NCBI GenBank assembly: GCA_051532055.1 | Contig: JAOPTX010000015.1 | Coordinates: 149,047-213,046, forward strand | Source of the DNA: Fibrobacterales bacterium | Lineage (GTDB): Bacteria; Fibrobacterota; Fibrobacteria; Fibrobacterales; JAOPTW01 | DNA length: 64,000 bases | Reading direction: 5' to 3' | In this document: positions 1 through 9,628 of the stretch, piece by piece | Numbering within the stretch: the first letter of the stretch is position 1 | Layout: each line of letters begins with the position of its first letter | Notes under the pieces: generated by a model | What the model saw: only the letters and a program-made list of their open reading frames with translations | Told to the model about the DNA's origin: nothing | Databases searched by the model: none | Made by a program: the position numbers and the translations under genes

Positions 1-2317
1 CCGTGACGTCAGTAACCGTAACTGTTAGAGTTGCTGTAGCAGTGTTTCCTGCCGCGTCTGTAGCAGAGTAAGTCACGAGTGTCGCTCCGACCGGGAATGT
101 TGCTGGTGCATTGTTAGTGACAACAATCGCTCCATCAACAAGGTCTGTAGCAGCTACTGGTGGAAGTACAACTGCTGTTTGAGCTGCAGATGCATTGCTG
201 GAAACATCAGATGTGCCAGTGATTGTTGGTGCAGTGTTGTCAATAATGGTTACATTTATTTCTTTTGAAGCAGTGTTTCCAGCGCCATCAGTTGCGGTGT
301 ATGTTACAGTGTGGGTACCAACAGCATAAAATGCAGATGAATTATTTGTTGTAGCTACTGTGCCATCTACAATGTCTGTTGCGTTAATTGCAAGAACAGT
401 TACAGGAGTCTGTGCACCTGTAGCTTCAAAAACAATATTTCCAATCGCAGGAATAACTGGTGCTTTTGTATCAATAACGGTAACAGAAGTCGATGCTGTT
501 TTTATGTTTCCTGATGCATCAGAAGCTCTAAATATTATTTGAGTAGTGCCTAGTGGAAATTGATTCCCTGTAGGCGTACGAGTTGCAATAATTCCTGATG
601 TACAGTTGTCAGAAACAGTTGGAGCCCCTACTGAAATTACAGCACCATTGGCTGAAGTGGCCTCCGTCTCAGCTAAAGTCGGGATTGTGATGAAAGAAGG
701 AAGAGTATTATCTAGTACATTGACAGATGCTTGCACTGTGTTACTTGTATTATAGCTATCTGTTACAGTAAGTCCAAAATTATTTAGGCCTAGTGTTCCA
801 TAGAGAGATACATAGTTTGCAGATGAATTTACAGGACTTGCCCAACGATAAGTAGTAAGTCTGTTTTCAGGGTCACTCGATGCTCTACCATCAAGGGTAA
901 TTCTTCCTCTACAGGTCGCGTCAGCATAAATGGTAGGTTGAGTTGTGATGACTGCTGTAGGGGCGTGATTAGATTGATTTAATGTTATACATCGAGCGTC
1001 ACCATAATTGTTGTTGGAGTCGACTGCTTTAACACAAATAGAATGAGCTCCAGGAGTGTATTGTTCAGATAGGCTCCAAGTATATTGTGATGTTTGACTT
1101 GCTGATGAAACACTGTGTCCTCTCCAGCTTCCGTTGTCAATGTTATATAGAAGTGATTTAATATTGGAACCACCCGTTTGTCTATCATCGCCTGTAATTG
1201 TTAGTGCTCCCATTACTGTACCATTACGTAACGATGCAAAATTGATGGCTACCTGAGGACCTTCACTATCAACGTCTTCATAGACTCTGATATATTCCCC
1301 ATTAATAAGATATAAATAACCATTTTCAAATTGAATTTCACCAAGCTGATCACTACTTCTATATATATATGATCCAAGAGAAATAGTTTGATCAGCAGTA
1401 GCAGCGACAGGGTTGCTAATATCATAAGATATTATTTTGGGGTAAATCGAGTAGGATCTATATCCGACTATATTGGTATATAGTTTATTGCTTTCGCTAT
1501 TGACTGCGATATTGCGCATATTTTGAATATTTTTAGAGTACATGCGAACAGGAGAACTAATATTTGAAATATCTACTGAAGTAAAACCTCTATAAGGTTG
1601 ATTGCCAGATGCAGAGTATATTTCCGTAAAGTATAACGTTTTATCGTCATTAGATACTACAATATCTTCAATAGTATAACTATTTGCAATAGTTGCTAGT
1701 AGTGCTGGTGTACTAGAATAAGTATCATAAATTTGTATACCTTGACCAGCTATACTTGCAAATAAATATCGACCACTGTTGCTCATTGCTAAATCATATG
1801 CAGGATAGTTAATTGCAATTGATTGTTGCTGTGTAATTCCAGCAGCAGTAATAATGTATGTTACAATTTTTTTTCCATTGTAATCTGATATATATACATT
1901 AGATCCGTTGCCTGTGATCCCTCTATGGCTATAAGAAATAGTACCATGGAGCTGCGAGCTTATCATAGTTTTTGCACTTGAAAGCTTTATTGCTGTAAAA
2001 CCACCATATCTATGGGCAATAAAAAGAGTGTTATTTTGATACCACATGTCATGAATGTCTCTCGTCGTCGGGACCGCAAATTGTGTGATTAATGTAGGGC
2101 TGGTTGGAATTGAAAGGTCGTAGATCGTTACTTTTCTTTCAAGGTAATCAGCAGTATATAAATACTGACCTTCAACATGAAGAAATTTTCGTAGACCTCC
2201 AAGACTATTTTGGGGGATGTAAGCCGAACCTTTTTGCACTAGGCTACTGAAAGATGGTAATGCTAATAGTAAAACTAACATTATAATACTAACTGAAATT
2301 TTGTTATAGTTTCTCAT
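1..2317 (-). CDS. Large secreted/surface protein: signal peptide, LVIVD-like beta-propeller, Ig/PKD-like domains and tandem HYR-type Ig repeats; runs off the window edge
   Basis: Missing from the ORF track because there is no stop in the window. ATG at 2317 with a GAGG RBS. Manual translation MRNYNKISVSIIMLVLLLALPSFS...YLYTADYLERKVTIYDLSIPTSP...NHAPTAVI..LDGRASSDPE...FPLGTTQIIFRASDASGN...VGTHTVTYTATDGAGNTA...FPVGATLVTYSATDAAGNTA is open to position 2. Confidence 0.85.
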   Translation of the reverse strand, partial: MRNYNKISVSIIMLVLLLALPSFSSLVQKGSAYIPQNSLGGLRKFLHVEGQYLYTADYLERKVTIYDLSIPTSPTLITQFAVPTTRDIHDMWYQNNTLFIAHRYGGFTAIKLSSAKTMISSQLHGTISYSHRGITGNGSNVYISDYNGKKIVTYIITAAGITQQQSIAINYPAYDLAMSNSGRYLFASIAGQGIQIYDTYSSTPALLATIANSYTIEDIVVSNDDKTLYFTEIYSASGNQPYRGFTSVDISNISSPVRMYSKNIQNMRNIAVNSESNKLYTNIVGYRSYSIYPKIISYDISNPVAATADQTISLGSYIYRSSDQLGEIQFENGYLYLINGEYIRVYEDVDSEGPQVAINFASLRNGTVMGALTITGDDRQTGGSNIKSLLYNIDNGSWRGHSVSSASQTSQYTWSLSEQYTPGAHSICVKAVDSNNNYGDARCITLNQSNHAPTAVITTQPTIYADATCRGRITLDGRASSDPENRLTTYRWASPVNSSANYVSLYGTLGLNNFGLTVTDSYNTSNTVQASVNVLDNTLPSFITIPTLAETEATSANGAVISVGAPTVSDNCTSGIIATRTPTGNQFPLGTTQIIFRASDASGNIKTASTSVTVIDTKAPVIPAIGNIVFEATGAQTPVTVLAINATDIVDGTVATTNNSSAFYAVGTHTVTYTATDGAGNTASKEINVTIIDNTAPTITGTSDVSSNASAAQTAVVLPPVAATDLVDGAIVVTNNAPATFPVGATLVTYSATDAAGNTATATLTVTVTDVT

Positions 2318-2339
2318 ATTTTTTAACCTCATGTTATAC

Positions 2340-2729
2340 CTAATCTAATGCCGATTCAGTGATAATTATTAGTTTTGAATCATCTAATGTTATACTGTAT
2401 TCGAATGAACCAATTTCGTCAGTAGTGACGATCATTGGTACTTCTTCAGTGCCTATGTATACAAAGTAGTGTGTTGATGTTTTCAAGCCAGAAATAATTA
2501 CATTGAGAGTTTGGTTGTCATAAAGAGGGTAGAGTCTTAATGATATTTGGTCTGATGTACCTTCAAGTACGACGCTTCCTTCTTCGGAAAGTTGAACAGA
2601 AACTAGACTTCCATCTAAAGATGTTTCTATGAAATTTACCGAATCGGTTATTTGTAAAGAATCTATTTCTTGTGCACTGACGAAGTTGCTAAGAATTAGG
2701 AATACATATAAGAAAATATGTTTTTTCAA
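2340..2729 (-). CDS. Small secreted hypothetical protein, probably co-transcribed with the HYR-repeat gene
   Basis: TTG start with AAGGAAGGA RBS; signal peptide MKKHIFLYVFLILSNFVSA; 22-nt gap to the next gene. Confidence 0.7.
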   Translation of the reverse strand: MKKHIFLYVFLILSNFVSAQEIDSLQITDSVNFIETSLDGSLVSVQLSEEGSVVLEGTSDQISLRLYPLYDNQTLNVIISGLKTSTHYFVYIGTEEVPMIVTTDEIGSFEYSITLDDSKLIIITESALD

Positions 2730-3350
2730 TTGTTCCTTCCTTTGTTTTTGTTGTATATAGGGTTAACAAAAACACACCACTTTCAGGAATGATGACGTTA
2801 CAAACTACCGCTATGTAATAGTGTGTTGTCCTCAGAAGAATGTGTTGTGTCTCCATTAGATTCTTTAGTGTCCGCTTGGGAATCTAATGTAATTTTCGAA
2901 TGATATAATGACTCTCTCATTCTGGAAACAAAACTAGGTTCTCTACTGTGTAAGTCAAATGGAAAGTAATCACATTAGAGTTTGTTAATGAAAATTAACA
3001 TTATTCTTTTAATTCTTTTAAATGTTTTAGGATTATTTTAGAAAGTGGTGTTATCAAGATTTTAAAAATTTGAGTGTGATAAATATTTGAATATTAAATT
3101 TGTGGGTGCTTTCCATGAGTTGAGCACTTTGAGTACGGGTTTCCTATATGATGGTTTTAAACGACTTTGCCACACTGGTTATAGCATCTACAAGAACATC
3201 AATGATTCCATCAGCAAAATGGCGACCGATATCAAAATAGAGCTGTATTCCCATTCTAATTTTTGTGTGATACGCATAATAAGCCTGAATTGTTTCAGAG
3301 CTATTAGAATGATTTTGGCAGACAAAGGCTATAGCTATACCATTGGGCAC

Positions 3351-3375
3351 AAAAAAAGCAGCCGAAAGGCTGCTT
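3351..3375 (-). terminator. Rho-independent terminator of the 3401-4111 gene
   Basis: AAGCAGCC-GAAA-GGCTGCTT hairpin with an A7 run on the left, which is a U-tract on the minus strand. Confidence 0.8.
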
Positions 3376-3400
3376 CTAATAAATAATTAATAAATATATA

Positions 3401-4111
3401 CTACCAATCGTCATCTTCTTCTGGTGATTCAACAGTAGTTTCTTCTTTTTCTTCATCATCTTCCGTATCTTCATCATCTTCAAGAGCTTCAATAAACTCT
3501 TGTGCTGTAGCAATATATTCTTCAGAAATATCTGTTTTATCGCTAAAATGGGTTATTACTCTATCAAGATTTTCATCTTCGAGAAGGAGTTTCATTTGAC
3601 GTGTAATGCGTCCTTTGTATCCCATTTCTTTTAAAAACTCTTTTGTTACTTCGAGTGAGTCTTCAAGTGAGAAAAACTTCATATCTTCTGAATAACAGGC
3701 TATTGCTCTATCAAGAGTTATGCATTCAGGTTCAACGGTTGCATCAGGGTTACGCATGTACTCATGAAGGTGACGGGCTCGAAGGTCTTTAACCTTGTCA
3801 ATTCTCATGTACCCAATGATGAGGTATTTATCTGTATACTCTTCATTAAGTCCTTGGTATTTGGTACCAAAAAGAATATAGCGGTGTTTATTTTTAACTA
3901 TAGAGTTTATAGACTTAGTATTAAAAGGCCCTTTCATTCCATAGGTTGATGTTTCATAATTGGGTTCAGTAAGGTATCCCTTTTCGTTTTCATTAAGCTG
4001 ATCTCGAACAGGAAGCACAGATTGTTTACTGGTATCGACATAAAGAAGGATTCCTGCATGATTACCACGATAATCTTGCCACCCATCCAAATTTATTTGG
4101 AGTTTTTCCAT
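3401..4111 (-). CDS. Hypothetical cytoplasmic protein with an EPNYETSTYG motif and an acidic tail ending DDDW
   Basis: ORF 3401..4138; the better start is ATG 4111 (MEKLQ) behind an AAGGAGA RBS; has its own terminator. Confidence 0.8.
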   Translation of the reverse strand: MEKLQINLDGWQDYRGNHAGILLYVDTSKQSVLPVRDQLNENEKGYLTEPNYETSTYGMKGPFNTKSINSIVKNKHRYILFGTKYQGLNEEYTDKYLIIGYMRIDKVKDLRARHLHEYMRNPDATVEPECITLDRAIACYSEDMKFFSLEDSLEVTKEFLKEMGYKGRITRQMKLLLEDENLDRVITHFSDKTDISEEYIATAQEFIEALEDDEDTEDDEEKEETTVESPEEDDDW

Positions 4112-4282
4112 TATTTTCTCCTTAAATGTTAAGGGCAAAATTCAAAAATGTTGAATTTCACCCTTTTTTACCTAAAATCATATAAATAGGGCCTCACTTC
4201 TAAAAGGAGGCCGATAGTGAAAAGCTATTAATTTTCTCTATATTTCAAAGGCTTTTGTAAACTTTTTGTAAAAATCGGTGAG

Positions 4283-5107
4283 TTATTGGTGACTGTTACT
4301 TATGATAATTTTTTGAGCTTCGAATGGAATGCCAAGAAAGTCACACCCGTGGGTTTGGAAGTTTTCAATTGAATCAGTAGTGAAAAACTGGTGTGAGCTA
4401 TTTTTTGAGCATTGTGCATCAATTTCAGGGTGTCTGACAAGATAATCTTTGAGGCTTTGCGCAACAAGGGCGTCCTGACTTACAATGGTAATATGTTTAG
4501 GGGTGTAAGATTTAATTTTCTCAAGAAGCATTGGGAAGTGTGTGCATCCTAGTACAATAGTGTCGATATTGGGGTCTTTATCGAGAAGGATGTTAATATC
4601 CTTCTCGATAAAATAGTCAGCACCTTGGCTTTTGTGTTCATTATTTTCAACAAGGGGGACCCACATTGGGCAGGCTTGCTGAGACACAACGAGCTCTTTA
4701 TGGAGCTTTTTAATTTCAAGGGGATACGATTTTGAATTAATTGTTCCAGGTGTGCCGAGAATTCCAATATGTCCAGTTTTTGTTATTTTTGGTAATTCTT
4801 CAATAGTAGGCCTTAAAACACCAAGTACTCTGTTATTGGGTGATAGTAAGGGTAAGTCGTTTTGTTGGATTGAACGAAGTGCTTTAGCAGATGCAGTATT
4901 ACATGCTACAATAACTAAGGGGCAGCCAAGTGAAAAGAGTTTTTCGACGGCTTCTAATGTATAGGAGTATATTGAATCAAATGATCGTGGCCCATAGGGA
5001 GCCCGAGCATTATCGCCAAGATAGATAAAGTCATGATCCGGGAGTTCATTAAAAAACTCTTTTAAGATAGTGAGACCACCATAACCGGAATCAAAGACTC
5101 CAATCAT
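4283..5107 (-). CDS. murI: Glutamate racemase
   Basis: IGVFDSGYGGLT, ACNTAS and LGCTHFP motifs. Confidence 0.97.
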   Translation of the reverse strand: MIGVFDSGYGGLTILKEFFNELPDHDFIYLGDNARAPYGPRSFDSIYSYTLEAVEKLFSLGCPLVIVACNTASAKALRSIQQNDLPLLSPNNRVLGVLRPTIEELPKITKTGHIGILGTPGTINSKSYPLEIKKLHKELVVSQQACPMWVPLVENNEHKSQGADYFIEKDINILLDKDPNIDTIVLGCTHFPMLLEKIKSYTPKHITIVSQDALVAQSLKDYLVRHPEIDAQCSKNSSHQFFTTDSIENFQTHGCDFLGIPFEAQKIIISNSHQ

Positions 5108-6009
5108 TATTGTGCCTTAAATATATTTATGTGATAGCCGCCCTCTTTGTCGGTCGGGTCAGCAGTCTGATGAAACACATCCATAATTACAGGAGACTCT
5201 GTATAAGAACTTTCGTCAAAACTAAAGAGTACAGTGGACTCCTCATCTTTGATAAGTCTTTCCAAAGCACATTCACTGAAGAGGCATCTCCATTGCACGA
5301 GGTCAGTTAGTTCTTCACGAGGAGCATTAGCATAATCTATTTGGACAAATACCCCTGCCTCGTTTAAGAATTTTCTGATATTGTTTGCATAGACTCGAGA
5401 AGTCATAAGATCATCAAAAATATCTTCTTTGTCGGGATTAGCATCAACTTCATCTTCAGGGTCCATCTCTCTGAATCGAGCGAGCATTCCAGCGACATCA
5501 TTGTCTTGTGCGTCTGCATATCCATTATCGTTAAATAGATCGAGGCTATCATCATCAGTAATTAAGTTGGGAAAACAGAGTATCGCGAGGTCAGCTTTTC
5601 CTTGAGGTATATCAAAATTGGGGAGTTTGGAGCAGTACAGGCGAAATTGAGATCCATCTTCTGTAAAGAGGCCTTCAGAATGTGTAATAGATGCTTTTCC
5701 ATTTGATCGTTCAACGAATGCATTGAGTAATTTATCGGAACCATCAACCCCAATAATTGTGGATTGTGGAAACACTTCATTGAGTAGTATCATTAACTCA
5801 CCAGAACCACAAGCATAGTCTACAATAAACTTTGGGTCTGACAAATTGTTTTTACGGTAGTATTGGGCACACGTTTTGACAATATTTGAATAGGCGTTGA
5901 GATGATCTTGATCAGAACACTGTGAAAGCCACCAAGTACCTATTTGTGAATCGTAGATATCGGCCTTACCAGCAGCGAGTAGGTTTTCAAAATCAACATT
6001 TGTGCTCAT
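5107..6009 (-). CDS. Class I SAM-dependent methyltransferase, substrate unknown
   Basis: Motif I VDYACGSG and motif II IIGVDGS; stop overlaps the murI start by 1 nt. Confidence 0.8.
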   Translation of the reverse strand: MSTNVDFENLLAAGKADIYDSQIGTWWLSQCSDQDHLNAYSNIVKTCAQYYRKNNLSDPKFIVDYACGSGELMILLNEVFPQSTIIGVDGSDKLLNAFVERSNGKASITHSEGLFTEDGSQFRLYCSKLPNFDIPQGKADLAILCFPNLITDDDSLDLFNDNGYADAQDNDVAGMLARFREMDPEDEVDANPDKEDIFDDLMTSRVYANNIRKFLNEAGVFVQIDYANAPREELTDLVQWRCLFSECALERLIKDEESTVLFSFDESSYTESPVIMDVFHQTADPTDKEGGYHINIFKAQ

Positions 6010-6141
6010 TACAACTCCTTACATTTTCAATAAATCTAACAACTCAGTATACCTTTGTATCAAAAGATAATGGGTTTGATCTGTTCAAGATATAATTTGA
6101 GTTGAAAATAGTCATTAAATTGTTAACTTTCGACACTAATT

Positions 6142-6214
6142 GGGGTTATAGCTCAGTTGGTAGAGCATTTCGCTGGCAGCGAAAGGGTCAGGAGTTCGAA
6201 TCTCCTTAACTCCA
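6142..6214 (+). tRNA. tRNA-Ala(GGC), CCA not encoded
   Basis: GGGGTTA/TAACTCC acceptor with G3:U70; anticodon arm TTTCG-CTGGCAG-CGAAA; GTTCGAATC T-loop. Confidence 0.97.
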
Positions 6215-6228
6215 TTTTTTCAATTGTA

Positions 6229-6339
6229 AATACGAAATTACTTCGTAATTTCAAATTAGGCGTACCGATGTACGCCTAATTTGTAAATGCCTCATACCTT
6301 GATATCTAAAATCGGAAAATTCTTTGGTGTCAGAGGCAT
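6229..6339. repeat. Cluster of inverted repeats downstream of tRNA-Ala (palindromic element and/or terminator)
   Basis: GAAATTAC-ttc-GTAATTTC; perfect 14-bp CAAATTAGGCGTAC-cgat-GTACGCCTAATTTG; ATGCCTC...GAGGCAT. Confidence 0.6.
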
Positions 6340-6599
6340 GAAATAAATTTATCTGATTTTCCTGTTCAATATTTTTCAAAGAGAAATCCTTTCCATTCTT
6401 AGTATCAAATTCTGTTACATTTTAAATCAATCGATAGTTTATTGAGTGTTGCCTCTATAGTCTTGTAAGAAATATTTCATAGTGCTAAAATAACTAACTA
6501 TTGAGAGTTGTGACTGTACTCAATGTTCACAGGATTAATGTACATTGGTTGTGATATAAAAGGTGTGTGATTAGGTTGTATCAAAGGAAGGGGAAGCTG

Positions 6600-7877
6600 A
6601 TGAATTCATCATTACAATGGTTCTATATAATTACGATGCTATTAAGTAGTCATTTAGGGGCTGCAACTCTATCAAGTATTACTGAAGAAGCATTGAGTAA
6701 GGGGACTCATGTTGAAATTGCACGGCAAAAAGTGGCAATGGCTAATGCGGATGTCTCTATTGTAGGGAGCTTACCTAATCCAGTTTTTGGATATGGGTGG
6801 TACGGTGAGTCTGTTGAAACTAAGGTCGGGCCACAAGAGCAGAAATTGAGTATTACTCAAAAAATTCCATGGATTGGCAAACTTAAGGATCGAGTCGACA
6901 TAGCTGAAGTTGAAGTTAATAAGCAAAGATTGGATCTTCAGACAATGCAGGCGAGCGTTGTATATCAAGTGAGAATGATCTGGGCTGAAATATGTTACCT
7001 ATCCAGAGCGCGAGATATAAATAAAAAGACGCTTGCTCTGTATGAAAATTGGATGGAAAAACTACGTTCCGACTATGAATCTATGCGAACGTCTTATAGT
7101 AGAGTTATAAAAATGGAGACTGAAGTGACAGTGCTCCAAGAGGATATTTTTACTATTGAACGCAAATTAGCAGATCAATATACAAGGCTTGGAGTGTTTC
7201 TCAATCGTAAGATGTTGGGAGAATTTTTTAGTGATTCATTGGCATTGTATGCGAAACGAGCGGGAGATCAAGAGATAGATACCGTCTTGAGGATGAGTCC
7301 ACAACTACAAAAGAGTCAATTACAACGCGAACTTTGGAAAGAAAAAGAGGAGCTTTCGAAGGGGGGGTATTTTCCCGATTTGGCAGTAGGGGCGACTTAT
7401 ATACAGACTGGTGATGCCGTTGGTATGAATGAAAGCGGTAAAGATCCGTGGATGCTGACAGTTGGTATAAGTCTTCCTCTCAATATTATTCAAACGAATG
7501 CACAGGTTAAAAAAGCTCAGTTAGGAACTCAGCAAGCGGCGTCTAAAGCTCAGGAGATGAAGCTTTCCCTCGATGCCCTGATACAGACTACACAAAACTT
7601 AATAGCTGAGTCTCAACGAATACAGTCATTGTATACCGATCGAGTGGTGCCGGATATTGAAAAATCAATACGGGTACAAGAAAACCAATTTACCGTTGGG
7701 AATATTGATTTTATGCAACTTCTTGATGATTATCGTATGCTACTCAGGCTTCAGCTACGGGTGCATCAAGCCCTCAAAACTGAGTTTCAATCAAAAGCAA
7801 AAATACTTTGGATTGGTGGTGATGTCACTACCACTTTTAGCTATCCCTATGTGGTAGTGAATAAGGAGATACCATGA
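6600..7877 (+). CDS. TolC/CusC-family outer-membrane efflux channel
   Basis: OEP-type helical repeats (LSITQKIPWIGK, YFPDLAVGATY, VGISLPL); first gene of the RND operon; ATG 6600 preferred to GTG 6567. Confidence 0.9.
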   Translation: MNSSLQWFYIITMLLSSHLGAATLSSITEEALSKGTHVEIARQKVAMANADVSIVGSLPNPVFGYGWYGESVETKVGPQEQKLSITQKIPWIGKLKDRVDIAEVEVNKQRLDLQTMQASVVYQVRMIWAEICYLSRARDINKKTLALYENWMEKLRSDYESMRTSYSRVIKMETEVTVLQEDIFTIERKLADQYTRLGVFLNRKMLGEFFSDSLALYAKRAGDQEIDTVLRMSPQLQKSQLQRELWKEKEELSKGGYFPDLAVGATYIQTGDAVGMNESGKDPWMLTVGISLPLNIIQTNAQVKKAQLGTQQAASKAQEMKLSLDALIQTTQNLIAESQRIQSLYTDRVVPDIEKSIRVQENQFTVGNIDFMQLLDDYRMLLRLQLRVHQALKTEFQSKAKILWIGGDVTTTFSYPYVVVNKEIP

Positions 7878-9628
7878 AAGATTCTACTAATAAGAAGTTT
7901 AAAGTAATGGGCATACTGCTATTAGTAGTGGTTGCATTTTTTATGGGTAAAACTACGACGTCCTCTAAAATTGATGTATATGAGCATACTGATACTCATA
8001 TTGAAGAAACAGTGTGGACTTGTTCAATGCATCCTCAAATTAAGTTACCCAAACCAGGGAAGTGCCCTCTCTGTGCAATGGACTTGATACCACTTGAAAA
8101 AGATGATATGGTGGGCGAAACAGGAGAACCACAGATAAGGCTATCTGAGTATTCACGTAAACTGGCGAGTGTGAGAACGGCACGGGTCCAAAAAGCTACA
8201 AAAAATTCAACTCTTGAATTGGTGGGTGAGTTAGTATGGGATGAGACAAAGCTAAAAACAGAGACCGCTTGGTTTGGTGGGAGAATTGAAAAATTAAATG
8301 TTTCATTTACTGGGCAGTATGTTAAAAAAGGGCAGGTTATCGCTGAGATTTATAGTCCAGAGTTATACGCGGCTGCTGAAGAATGGCGACAATCAAAAGG
8401 ATCTGATAATGATCGTCTCAAACAATCGGTGCATAAAAAGCTTAAGCTCTTAGGGCTTGATGATGATGATATCAAAAATTTATCAACGATTAACTCTGAG
8501 CGGGTCATTCAGCGGGCGAAATATAGTGGTGTTGTAGTACGCCGAAGCGTTGAAGAAGGTCAATATGTAAAAATAGGATCTCCTTTAGTTAAGCTGGGTT
8601 CCACTCGGTCACTTTGGGTAGAGCTCGATGTATTTGAGCAAGATCTCCCGGGAATTCGAATAGGCCAAAAAGTTATGTTGAAGACTGAGAGTTTACCTGG
8701 GGAAGAATTTAAATCTACTGTTGGATTTATTCACCCTGTGTTGGATAAAATGAATCGGGCAGTTAAGGTTCGCTTGTCAGTCGCCAATAGAAAGACTATG
8801 CTTAAGCCGGGGATGTTAGTACGGGGAAACATTTCGGTCAAAGGATTGACAGAGAAGTTATTGATACCTGAGTCAGCGCCATTGCTCACTGGTGAAAGAG
8901 CAGTGGTATATTTAGAAATTGAGCCAGGAGTTTACACGGGTAGGGTTATTGTGTTAGGCGAGCATGTTGGTGCCTATTATGAAGTGTTAAAAGGTCTACA
9001 AGAAAATGATGTCATTGTTGCACGTGGCGCCTTTAAAATAGATGCAGCAATGCAAATTCAAGCCCTTCCTTCAGTGATGTACCCTAAAGGAGGTGGTTTG
9101 GCAGATGCCCACAAACATAATGCTATTGTGAAACAACAAAGCAAAAGTGGGGATGAGAAGAATGCCTTAAATAAGGGAATACTTGATAGCAAGGGGAGTA
9201 AGTGGTTGGAAACCTATTTTTCAAGCTATATCAAACTACAGAAGGCTTTAGTCGCAGATGATGTAGAAAAAGCAAAGGCAAGCATACTTTCCCTTGCGGC
9301 ACAATTACATTCTATACCTAAAATTTTAAATGATGGACATACGAAACATAAGGCGGCGGGGTTTAAAGCTTCCGCAGAGTCGGGCGACATAAATAGTATA
9401 CGGAGTGAATTCCTGACTCTTTCTACAGCCTTGATACAGTGGCTCCGGAGTACCGAACTAAAACCAGGAAAAGGTGCAGCAATTTATTTTTGCCCTATGG
9501 CAAATAAAAATAACGGAGCAGAATGGCTTCAGCAGGGTGGAGATGTACAAAACCCTTATTATGGAAGTGCGATGCTAGAGTGTGGGGAGCAGCGTTTGGT
9601 ACTTTCCAAGCCTGAAGAGGATAAGTAA
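7874..9628 (+). CDS. cusB: CusB-type RND periplasmic adaptor with N-terminal heavy-metal-binding domain and C-terminal DUF3347-like domain
   Basis: WTCSMHPQI...GKCPLCAMDL; MFP core (GRIEKL, IYSPEL, LKPGM); C-terminal YFCPMA...WLQ...NPYYGSAMLECG. Confidence 0.88.
   Translation: MKDSTNKKFKVMGILLLVVVAFFMGKTTTSSKIDVYEHTDTHIEETVWTCSMHPQIKLPKPGKCPLCAMDLIPLEKDDMVGETGEPQIRLSEYSRKLASVRTARVQKATKNSTLELVGELVWDETKLKTETAWFGGRIEKLNVSFTGQYVKKGQVIAEIYSPELYAAAEEWRQSKGSDNDRLKQSVHKKLKLLGLDDDDIKNLSTINSERVIQRAKYSGVVVRRSVEEGQYVKIGSPLVKLGSTRSLWVELDVFEQDLPGIRIGQKVMLKTESLPGEEFKSTVGFIHPVLDKMNRAVKVRLSVANRKTMLKPGMLVRGNISVKGLTEKLLIPESAPLLTGERAVVYLEIEPGVYTGRVIVLGEHVGAYYEVLKGLQENDVIVARGAFKIDAAMQIQALPSVMYPKGGGLADAHKHNAIVKQQSKSGDEKNALNKGILDSKGSKWLETYFSSYIKLQKALVADDVEKAKASILSLAAQLHSIPKILNDGHTKHKAAGFKASAESGDINSIRSEFLTLSTALIQWLRSTELKPGKGAAIYFCPMANKNNGAEWLQQGGDVQNPYYGSAMLECGEQRLVLSKPEEDK

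Noticed and set aside
3087..3386. Overlapping 99-aa (+) and 68-aa (-) ORFs
   Set aside because: No clear RBS or motif, and the + ORF runs through a terminator; I cannot choose or support either.
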